64,000 nucleotides of DNA from a bacterium (lineage in GTDB: Bacteria > RBG-13-61-14 > DATKZS01), in contig CAXXFL010000007.1 of assembly GCA_963674965.2 (NCBI GenBank), positions 96,001-160,000 on the forward strand. The letters are read 5' to 3'. Made by a program: the position numbers and the translations under genes. Under the pieces are notes generated by a model. That model was not told the DNA's origin. It saw only the letters and a list, made by a program, of their open reading frames with translations, and ran no database searches. Shown here piece by piece: positions 56,219-64,000 of this stretch. Each line of letters begins with the position of its first letter. The first letter of the stretch is position 1.

Positions 56219-57451
56219 ATGATTAAAGATGTTTGCATGGTTCCAAGGATGAAAGGTTTGGGGGTATGGCCAATCGGTCCCTATATGGACGGTTACGTCA
56301 ATATGCTTGTCGAGCGCGGATACAGCTACTCCACAATTTTGGGGCGATTGCGCGGGGTGGGCGAACTCACCTTATGGATGGAGAAAAGGGGGAAAGGAAT
56401 TGATGCTTTGAACGAAGCTCTTCTCGAAATTTTTCGCCAAAAGCACGCCTCGCGCATTGGATTGCAGACCGGGGCTCTATCAAGGGATTTTCTTGAGTAT
56501 CTCCGGAAGGAAAAGATCATCGCGGACATTCCGGCCTCAGTCGAGACTCCCAGTTCCACGGAATTGCTCATTGCGCGTTTTGAGAAATACCTGTTGGAAG
56601 AAAAGGGGCTTAATCCGAATACGATCCACGTTATTGTGCCCATTGCGCGGATGTTTTTGAAGCGGACCTTCGGGAGAAAAACAGTCACGGCTGCCCAGTT
56701 GGAGGTCAAAAATGTTCTGAACTTTGTTTCGGATTATGCGATGGCAAAACATCCGACCACGGCGGCGAGAATGGCCAGCTCGTTAAGAACGTTCTGTCCC
56801 TTTCTGCACGCGCAGGGAGAAACGAAAGTGAATTTAGCCGTGGCGGTGCCTTCCGTTGCGCACTGGCGGCTCTCGAAATTGCCAAAGCACCTTAGCGTGA
56901 AGCAGGTTAATGACCTGCTCAAGACGTGCGACTGCGGCACGCCGATAGGAAAGAGAGACTATGCGATCTTGTTGCTGCTTTCCCGCCTCGGGCTACGCGC
57001 TGGCGAAGCAGCGTTTCTGCGCTTGGAGGACATTGACTGGGAAGGCGGCGAGATTCGGGTGTGCGGAAAAAGCGAACGACAAGCCCGGCTTCCATTGCCG
57101 GCAGACGTCGGTAAGGCGCTCGTTGACTATTTGCGGTACGGACGGGCCAACCACGATTCACCTTTTGTTTTCCTTCGCATGATGGCGCCATATGGGGGAC
57201 TTGGCGGTCCCAGCGCTGTCGGCAGCGTGGTGCGCCGTGCCATGAAAAAAGCGGGTATCACGGGTTTTCCAGGGGGAGGCCACGTGCTGCGGCATACACT
57301 GGCGAAGCGAATGTTAGAGGAAAAGTTCACCCTGTTCGAGATCAGCGAGGTCCTGCGGCACAAGGACCTCAAGACGACCGCTATCTACGCGAAGGTGGAT
57401 ACGGACACATTGCACAAGCTGGCCCAACCGTGGCCGGGAGGCGTCCAATGA
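56219..57451 (+). CDS. ritA: RIT tyrosine recombinase A
   Basis: GLRAGE, GK, HVLRH, LRH and TAIYAK. Confidence 0.92.
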   Translation: MIKDVCMVPRMKGLGVWPIGPYMDGYVNMLVERGYSYSTILGRLRGVGELTLWMEKRGKGIDALNEALLEIFRQKHASRIGLQTGALSRDFLEYLRKEKIIADIPASVETPSSTELLIARFEKYLLEEKGLNPNTIHVIVPIARMFLKRTFGRKTVTAAQLEVKNVLNFVSDYAMAKHPTTAARMASSLRTFCPFLHAQGETKVNLAVAVPSVAHWRLSKLPKHLSVKQVNDLLKTCDCGTPIGKRDYAILLLLSRLGLRAGEAAFLRLEDIDWEGGEIRVCGKSERQARLPLPADVGKALVDYLRYGRANHDSPFVFLRMMAPYGGLGGPSAVGSVVRRAMKKAGITGFPGGGHVLRHTLAKRMLEEKFTLFEISEVLRHKDLKTTAIYAKVDTDTLHKLAQPWPGGVQ

Positions 57452-58377
57452 AGACGCTCGGGAAATCGCTTGAACAATATCTTGGGCTGCGACGGTCTCT
57501 TGGGTTCAAGTTGCTCGCGGCGGACAGCCTGCTGCATTCTTTTGTCGCTTTTATGGAGGCAAGAGACGCTGATTTTATTACCGCAACCCTTTCGGTTGAA
57601 TGGGCCACGCAGCCGACGACATGTGGGCCCCTCCGATGGGACGTGCGGCTGGGTTACGTCCGACATTTTGCCGAGTTTCTCAGCGCATTTGAGCCACGCA
57701 CGGAAATCCCTTCACGCGATTTGTTGCCCTATCCCGCCGTGCACAGAAATCCGCCTTACTTGTTCAGCCCCATTGAAATCGCCCGGCTGCTCAAAGCGGC
57801 CCAAGGAATCCGTTCGCGGCGAGGACTTAATGGGGCCACGTACGCCACCTTGTTTGGCCTGCTGGCGGTGACCGGCATGAGGGTTGGCGAGGCAACGACG
57901 CTTGATCTGGAGGATCTGGATTTCGAGCGCTTGTTGCTGCATGTCCGCCATACCAAGCTCGGGAAATCACGCTGGGTGCCCATACATCCGACCACCCGGA
58001 AGGCGTTATTGGCTTACAGAAGAAAGAGGGACCATCTTTTCCCGCAGGCGAGGCCGCATTATTTTATATCAGAACGGGGCCGCCGGCTTGCTGTTGCACA
58101 CGCCAACGAGGTGCTGCGACAACTCTGCGAGCAGGTGGAGATTGATCCAAGAGGAAGACGGATTTCCATACACGCCTTCCGCCACAGCTTTGTCGTTCGC
58201 ACTATCACCAATTGGTATGAGCAAAACGAAGATGCCGAAAGGCGTCTCCCTGAGCTTTCCACCTTTCTGGGACACAACGATCCCGGCAGCACCTATTGGT
58301 ATCTCTCCGCCACCCCCGAGTTGCTGGCGCTGGTCACGGCCAAAATGGACCGGGGAAATCGGAGGGTATTCCAATGA
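57448..58377 (+). CDS. ritB: RIT tyrosine recombinase B
   Basis: GMRVGE, TK, HAFRH, LGH and TYWYL; ATGA overlap with gene A. Confidence 0.92.
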   Translation: MKTLGKSLEQYLGLRRSLGFKLLAADSLLHSFVAFMEARDADFITATLSVEWATQPTTCGPLRWDVRLGYVRHFAEFLSAFEPRTEIPSRDLLPYPAVHRNPPYLFSPIEIARLLKAAQGIRSRRGLNGATYATLFGLLAVTGMRVGEATTLDLEDLDFERLLLHVRHTKLGKSRWVPIHPTTRKALLAYRRKRDHLFPQARPHYFISERGRRLAVAHANEVLRQLCEQVEIDPRGRRISIHAFRHSFVVRTITNWYEQNEDAERRLPELSTFLGHNDPGSTYWYLSATPELLALVTAKMDRGNRRVFQ

Positions 58378-59372
58378 AGAATCCGCTCTCCTTCCCTGAG
58401 CTTTTAGAGGCGTTCTTCACGCAGCGGCTGATGCACCAGCGTCAGGCCAGTCCCCATACCATCGCCAGTTACCGGGACACTTTGCGTCTCCTCTTGGCGT
58501 ATGCGCAAACAAAACTGGGCAAGCAGCCCACCCAGTTGACAATCGCCGATCTGGACGCTTCGTTCATCGGCTCGTTCCTGAATCACCTGGAACAGGAGCG
58601 ACAAAACAATCCCCGCAGCCGCAATGTTCGCTTGGCGGCCATTCACGCTTTCTTCCGCTTCGTGGCCTTTCGGGAGCCCCTCTACAGCGCGATGGCGCAA
58701 CAGATCATGGCCATCCCCATGAAGCGGTTCAAGCGCAAGGAAATTCAGTTCCTCACCCACGAGGAAATGGAAAAACTGTTGGCGGCCCCGGACACCACGA
58801 CTTGGATGGGACGCAGAGATCGAGTGCTGTTGCTGGTGGCGCTCCAGACCGGGTTGCGGGTTACGGAACTGGCAAACCTGAGACGGCAGGATGTGGTCCT
58901 GGGCGCGGGTCCGCATATCCGCTGCTTCGGCAAAGGGCGCAAGGAACGCTGCACGCCGCTGCGGAAGGAATCCGTCGCCGGTCTGCGGGCGTGGTTGAAG
59001 GAACATGACTGCCCGCCAGATGGGTTCCTATTCCCCAACGCCCGCGGCGGCCAGTTGAGTGTTGACGCCATTCAGGACCGCCTGAAGAAGCACTTGGCGA
59101 CGGCGCGTAAAACCTGCGGCTCGTTGCGCAAAAAGAAGATATCGCCCCACGCCCTGCGCCACACCACCGCAATGGAAATGCTGCAAGTGGGCATTGATTG
59201 CTCGATCATCGCCATGTGGCTTGGTAACGAATCCATCGAAACGACTCGGATGTACCTACATGCCGACCTCGAGATAAAGGAAAAGGCCATTGCCAAGACC
59301 GCGCCGCTGAATACCTCGACAAGCCGTTACCGACCCGATGACGCAATACTTGCCTTTTTGAAAGGTCTGTAA
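58374..59372 (+). CDS. ritC: RIT tyrosine recombinase C
   Basis: GLRVTE, GKGRK, HALRH, LGN (usually LGH) and TRMYL; ATGA overlap with gene B. Confidence 0.92.
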   Translation: MKNPLSFPELLEAFFTQRLMHQRQASPHTIASYRDTLRLLLAYAQTKLGKQPTQLTIADLDASFIGSFLNHLEQERQNNPRSRNVRLAAIHAFFRFVAFREPLYSAMAQQIMAIPMKRFKRKEIQFLTHEEMEKLLAAPDTTTWMGRRDRVLLLVALQTGLRVTELANLRRQDVVLGAGPHIRCFGKGRKERCTPLRKESVAGLRAWLKEHDCPPDGFLFPNARGGQLSVDAIQDRLKKHLATARKTCGSLRKKKISPHALRHTTAMEMLQVGIDCSIIAMWLGNESIETTRMYLHADLEIKEKAIAKTAPLNTSTSRYRPDDAILAFLKGL

Positions 59373-59473
59373 TTATGCCGAATCTATCCCCTAAAAATCC
59401 CAACATTCGCGCCCCCTGTCGCCTCATTCGGCATAATCCGGCACTCGGCATAAAAGGCAAATCTCCCCTTTTT

Positions 59474-60517
59474 ATGGCCATGACGGCAAGGGCCATATCC
59501 CTGGCGGCGGCAAGGCCGATCGTCTCGAGCCTGGACCTTGTAACGTGCGCGTTTCCGGCGTATCGGGACTTTTACTCCAGCCTGGTCAACCATGGAATCT
59601 GCGACGTGAACCTCGAGGCGATAAAAGGAAATAGCCGCGAGCTCCGGGTATGGATCGTCGCGCTCAGCGACGACGGGGTCTCGCCCGTGCCCGCCAGTCT
59701 TTTGGGAGAGGTATTCTCCAACCTGCCTCGGTCCTTTAAAAGACCAAAGGCGCGGGTCATAAGGCCGGTTACCAAAACCATCGATTACGAAAACAAAAAG
59801 CTCGGCGTGACTCTTCCCGCGGGAATCAGACCGTCCATTACCAGGATGGCCCGGGACAATGGACTCGAGCTGGCCATTTATGACGGGCGGATATTTCTCA
59901 ACGGCGTGGAAGCGGCCGCGGCCGACGACGACCCGAGCAGGGTCATCGCCTCGGGAATATTACAAATGACCGCCGACTTGAAGAAAACGAAAAACGGCGC
60001 CTCGATCATCGGAAAGTCCTCGCAGGCAAAGCGCTCGGACCAATATTTCGCCATCTCCGGAAACCGGCATCACCTGGAAAAGGACTTATTGTTCCACGAC
60101 TATTCGATAACCTACACGGTCGATCACGCCATGGACCTCATGGCCCTCGCCGCCATCAAGGACGCGGGAGCCTTCTGGACCCGCGTCGGCGTCGGGTTCG
60201 CGGACGATCCCTGGTCTGAGGCCGTCAACCTATTAGCTCCGCCGGGAGATATCTCGAGAGCGGGCATCGAGTCAAAAACAATAAGAGACCTCGGGATCAG
60301 GGAAATTTCCCGGGAGCTTGCCCTCGAGCACGACTTGACGCCAAGGGAGAGACAAGTGCTCGAGCTGCTCCTGCGGGGGAAAAGAAACAAAAGGATCGCC
60401 GACGAGCTGTCCATCGGCATGTTCACGGTCAAAACCCACGTCAGCGCCATACTGGGGAAAACGGGAAAGAAAAACAGGAGCGTACTTATTTCCGACGCCA
60501 TGGGAAAAAGGAAATAG
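59474..60517 (+). CDS. LuxR-family HTH regulator, possibly 5'-disrupted by the RIT
   Basis: C-terminal LTPRERQVL..G..NK.IA.EL....TVKTHV..IL.K; the frame is open back into the RIT IR; no clear RBS. Confidence 0.75.
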   Translation: MAMTARAISLAAARPIVSSLDLVTCAFPAYRDFYSSLVNHGICDVNLEAIKGNSRELRVWIVALSDDGVSPVPASLLGEVFSNLPRSFKRPKARVIRPVTKTIDYENKKLGVTLPAGIRPSITRMARDNGLELAIYDGRIFLNGVEAAAADDDPSRVIASGILQMTADLKKTKNGASIIGKSSQAKRSDQYFAISGNRHHLEKDLLFHDYSITYTVDHAMDLMALAAIKDAGAFWTRVGVGFADDPWSEAVNLLAPPGDISRAGIESKTIRDLGIREISRELALEHDLTPRERQVLELLLRGKRNKRIADELSIGMFTVKTHVSAILGKTGKKNRSVLISDAMGKRK

Positions 60518-60648
60518 CGCCGCGTTCAGTTGTTTTTGCCGGCGACGTTAATAAATTTCCCGAGAAGACGGAATAAAGATATCATGGATCAAATCGCGTT
60601 CCTGGTAAGAAACGCGTCTTAAGCGCAAAGCATCAAGGGAGAACAAGC

Positions 60649-62469
60649 ATGAAGTATCTTCCAGTTCTTTTCATGGCCTTAATGGCCTCGGCCGCCTCCG
60701 CGTCGGACGCGGTCCCCTTTACGCCGGAGTTGGTGGCCCCTCTTCCGTGCGATTATTACACCGAAGACGACCCCGCCGGCGCCACCGGTATCAGAGTCAA
60801 TTTCCAGGACGGCGATATCAGGCCCGAGCTGCTGGCCGGGGCCTCGGTGGAGCTTTTGCCCCAAAGCTTTAATGACGCTGACGGATGGAGCGCCGCGGCG
60901 CCCATGGTCTTGCCTTTCCGGGAGAAGATCGACCACTCTCGCCTGCCGTCCACTCCCGAGGAATCGATCAGGGACGACGCCCCTATCAGGCTCCTGGACC
61001 TCGAGACCGGGAACCCCACGCCCTACGTGGTCCATATCCCGCCAAGGAACATTATCGGCAGGGACCCGCTTGAGACGGTCAGGCTCTATCCCTTCGCTTC
61101 TCTGGTCCCGGGAAGACGCTACGTCCTTTACTCGACCTTTGACGCGCCCTTAAAGGATAAAAGGCAAAAAGCCGTCCGTTTCCCGCTTTTCGATCTTCTT
61201 CTTTCAGGCCAGGAGCCGGGGGACGAAAGGGAAAAACGAGCGGACGAGAAATTGGGACCCTATGTCCAATACCTGAAAAAAGCCGGCGTGGAAATCGACT
61301 CGGTTCTCATATTCACCGGCTTTACCGTGAGAACGCGGGACAACGCCATAGGGGCGCTTGTGCGGGCGGCGGAAAAATCCGTCGCCGCGAGTCCGCCCTC
61401 CGTCAAAATCGATAAGGTCAGAAAAGTACCGGCCAAGAACCATTACTTCGTCACCGGCGTGATAACGGGACCCGCCATCATCGGTCCCCGCGGAGAGCTG
61501 CAAAAGGAGCATGGAGAGATATGGGTTGACGGGGAAATGGAAATACCCTTCTGGCTGTTCCTGCCCCTGGACCGACTCGAGAAAGACGGCGGCTACAAGG
61601 CGCCCTTAATCGTCTACTGCCAGGGCGGTCCCCCCGCCAAGAGGAGTCACTCCCGGTTTGAGACCAATCGCAAAAGATACATGGACGCCGGGTTCGCCAT
61701 GATCGCCATCGACTCCCCCAGCAACCGCTACCTCAATAAATGGGGCAATCCCACCCGGGCCCACACCTCCTTTCCCGAGACGATCAGGCCGGGCATGAAC
61801 GCGGCCGAGATGGCCCAGTGGGCCATCGATATAAGGACCGTGGTCACGGTCGCGAAAACGGGAGGGTTCGACGCTCTTCCCAAGGGCGCGCCCGACGGGA
61901 CAAGCGAGATCGATCCTTCCCGAATCGCCTACACGGGCATATCCTACGGCGGGATCAACGGGGCCGTCTTCACGGCGCTCGAGCCCCGGTTCGCGGCGGG
62001 GGTCCTGCAAGTGGGGGGCAATCAATGGGCCCGGTTGGCCGCGGAGCACCAGTTCGCCCGCGTCTTTGGCGATGGAGGGCTTTATCTTCCTTCGTCTCGG
62101 CCGGGCGAAAGGCCATATCTTCTCAACGCCGCGCAGTTGGCCCTGGACCTTGTCGAGCCGTCATATTACGCGCCCTGTTTGGGAAGGGGCGAACTTTTTG
62201 GGTCGGCCGAGTCTTTCCCGGTCCTGCTCCAGTGCGGGGTGCATGACAAACAGGTCCTGACCTGCGACTCCCTGGCCGCGGCCGCCGGCTTGGTCCAGAC
62301 GCCGGGCCAACCTTCGCCGGAGCCGACTCCCGGATCGAGATCGAGCAAGATGGGAGGCCCCATGTATCCCAACGGCCACGCGGTACCCGCGCTTAAAAAA
62401 GGAGCCAGGGATGAAAGGTTTGACTTCATTCGTGAAGCCCTGGCGGCCGCGCAAAAAAGGGGTGAATGA
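60649..62469 (+). CDS. Secreted alpha/beta-hydrolase with an N-terminal Ig-like domain
   Basis: Signal peptide ending ASA, N..DGWS...P, nucleophile elbow GISYGG, and downstream Asp/His candidates. Confidence 0.7.
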   Translation: MKYLPVLFMALMASAASASDAVPFTPELVAPLPCDYYTEDDPAGATGIRVNFQDGDIRPELLAGASVELLPQSFNDADGWSAAAPMVLPFREKIDHSRLPSTPEESIRDDAPIRLLDLETGNPTPYVVHIPPRNIIGRDPLETVRLYPFASLVPGRRYVLYSTFDAPLKDKRQKAVRFPLFDLLLSGQEPGDEREKRADEKLGPYVQYLKKAGVEIDSVLIFTGFTVRTRDNAIGALVRAAEKSVAASPPSVKIDKVRKVPAKNHYFVTGVITGPAIIGPRGELQKEHGEIWVDGEMEIPFWLFLPLDRLEKDGGYKAPLIVYCQGGPPAKRSHSRFETNRKRYMDAGFAMIAIDSPSNRYLNKWGNPTRAHTSFPETIRPGMNAAEMAQWAIDIRTVVTVAKTGGFDALPKGAPDGTSEIDPSRIAYTGISYGGINGAVFTALEPRFAAGVLQVGGNQWARLAAEHQFARVFGDGGLYLPSSRPGERPYLLNAAQLALDLVEPSYYAPCLGRGELFGSAESFPVLLQCGVHDKQVLTCDSLAAAAGLVQTPGQPSPEPTPGSRSSKMGGPMYPNGHAVPALKKGARDERFDFIREALAAAQKRGE

Positions 62470-62570
62470 AACGAGGTTGATAAGCGGTTCATGGCTTTAG
62501 AGAAGCCGGCAACCTGTCGCAACCTATCGTAACCTTGACCGGCCAGAGGGGCCGCGCTTAAAATATCCTC

Positions 62571-63677
62571 ATGCGAAAAAACAAAAGAGCGTTCAAAACC
62601 CTTCTTTTTATCGTCGCGGCCTCCTTGTCGGTTCCGTTCTTTCTGTCTCAAGGTTCTTGTCGGGGAGAGGCGGGAAGGATAGTCTTGACCGCGGCGGACG
62701 ATCATCCTCTTGATTACCCCACCACCCAGGGCCTGGTTTTCATGGACCGCTACTTAAGGGAGAAGACCGGCGGCCGCGTTTCCATGGACATCTTTCCCAA
62801 CAAGACCCTGGGGGAGGAGAAGGTCACCATCGAGCAGACCCAGCTCGGCATACTCGACGTGAACCGGGTCAACGTGAACCCCCTGGTCCAGATCAGTCCC
62901 GAGCTTGGGGTGCTGGCCCTGCCCTACATTTTCCGCGACGTCGATCATATGCACGAGGTCCTGGACGGTCCCATTGGGGAGGAGCTTTTACGCTCGATGG
63001 AGCACAGGAACATCGTGGGCCTTTGTTATTACGACTCGGGCGCCAGAAGCTTTTACAACACCGAGCGCGAGATTCGGGCGCCAAGGGACCTTTCCGGCCT
63101 CAAGTTCCGGGTGCAGAAGTCGGAGATCATGATCGACATGGTCAAGGCCCTCTCCGGCTCCCCCGTTCCCATGGCCTTTGGCGAGGTCTACACCTCCCTC
63201 CAAACCGGCGTCATCCAGGGCGCGGAAAACAACTGGCCCAGCTACGACTACACGGGCCACTTCGAGGTGGCCAGGTATTATTGCCTGGACCAGCACAGCA
63301 TGGCGCCGGAGATGGTGATAATGAGCAAGCGCACCCTCGACAAGCTCTCTCCCGAGGATCGGAGGCTTATCAAGGAGGCGGCCAAGGCGTCGGTCGAGTA
63401 TCAGCGGTCGCTCTGGTCGGCCCTCGAGCAAAAGGCCCAAACGAAAATCCGCGCCGCCGGCGCCGTGATCACCGAGATACCCGACAAAACGGCCTTTATA
63501 AGGGCCATGGACCCGGTCTACGAGAAGCACGTCAAGGACCCTCGCATGAAGGACCTGGTAAAAAGGATCAGGGCCGCGGGGGGGGATACCAAGACCGCCC
63601 TACCCTCTCCCGAGCCGGGATCATCCATCGATAATATGGAAAAAGAAGAAACGGACGCTAACGAGGGGCCAGGCTAG
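62571..63677 (+). CDS. dctP: TRAP transporter substrate-binding protein
   Basis: HP.DYPT, LGEE, LPYIFRD, GARSFY, LKFRVQ, EVYTSLQTGV and AENN. Confidence 0.93.
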   Translation: MRKNKRAFKTLLFIVAASLSVPFFLSQGSCRGEAGRIVLTAADDHPLDYPTTQGLVFMDRYLREKTGGRVSMDIFPNKTLGEEKVTIEQTQLGILDVNRVNVNPLVQISPELGVLALPYIFRDVDHMHEVLDGPIGEELLRSMEHRNIVGLCYYDSGARSFYNTEREIRAPRDLSGLKFRVQKSEIMIDMVKALSGSPVPMAFGEVYTSLQTGVIQGAENNWPSYDYTGHFEVARYYCLDQHSMAPEMVIMSKRTLDKLSPEDRRLIKEAAKASVEYQRSLWSALEQKAQTKIRAAGAVITEIPDKTAFIRAMDPVYEKHVKDPRMKDLVKRIRAAGGDTKTALPSPEPGSSIDNMEKEETDANEGPG

Positions 63678-63702
63678 CCGGCCCCGGGACCTCCCGCGCA
63701 AG

Positions 63703-64000
63703 ATGAAGCTCAAACGAATGGCGGCTAAGATTTTCGGTCGTAAGAATAATGACCGGGCGTCCAACCTGGAGACCCTCAAAAAGGAACGGGCCTCGGGACG
63801 CGAGCAGTTGGACGCGTTCCCCGTGGTTTTATATCTCGAGGCCGCGGCCATTTGCAACCTGCGTTGCCCCATGTGTCCCACCACCATGGGCATCCCGAGA
63901 GACCCTTACCGCGTCAAGATTTTCGACTTCAAACTCCTGCCCAGGGTCGAGCCCATCCTTCCCTTTGTACACAGGTGCTTTCTGTCCGGGGGAGGCGAGC
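63703..64000 (+). CDS. Radical SAM protein (partial, runs off the window)
   Basis: My translation: ..PVVLYLEAAAICNLRCPMCP..FLSGGGE; absent from the ORF track. Confidence 0.85.
   Translation, partial: MKLKRMAAKIFGRKNNDRASNLETLKKERASGREQLDAFPVVLYLEAAAICNLRCPMCPTTMGIPRDPYRVKIFDFKLLPRVEPILPFVHRCFLSGGGE

Larger units (their letters stand above)
56036..59456 (+). mobile_element. RIT element (recombinase in trio)
   Basis: Three ATGA-coupled tyrosine recombinases between 30-bp perfect IRs CTTTTATGCCGAGTGCCGGATTATGCCGAA (56036-56065 and 59427-59456). Confidence 0.93.

Noticed and set aside
56219-59372. Prophage or XerC/XerD locus
   Set aside because: No phage genes; three coupled recombinases inside terminal IRs fit a RIT element

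Overview
A 64-kb, GC-rich bacterial chromosomal segment. Gene content suggests a deltaproteobacterium-like organism, but this is inference. Most of the window is housekeeping or metabolic: GTP-dependent PEPCK, a PAS hybrid kinase, ApbE, a Ycf46-like AAA ATPase, moeA-moaC, a UDG-NfeD-triple SPFH cluster, an amidase, a TetR-headed Tat flavoprotein/ferredoxin module, a glycan cluster, a large alpha-2-macroglobulin, acyl-CoA dehydrogenase/FadH, an Rsb stressosome operon and a TRAP DctP. The accessory and unexplained parts are: (1) a complete RIT element with three tyrosine recombinases and 30-bp perfect inverted repeats; (2) three copies of a ~130-bp REPIN/MITE-like element, two bracketing a secreted FGE-sulfatase (CLec-fold) gene with a DGR-target-like C-terminus and one truncating a signal-peptide gene; (3) three tandem RDD membrane-protein paralogues with divergent ectodomains, two sharing an identical 354-bp 3' block; (4) a ~300-nt highly structured intergenic RNA candidate; (5) a promoter/leader-peptide/terminator attenuator candidate ahead of PEPCK; (6) a GspG pseudopilin-like insert inside the macroglobulin. 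I saw no CRISPR array, tRNA, rRNA or reverse transcriptase. All family calls come from motif recognition by eye; no searches were run.
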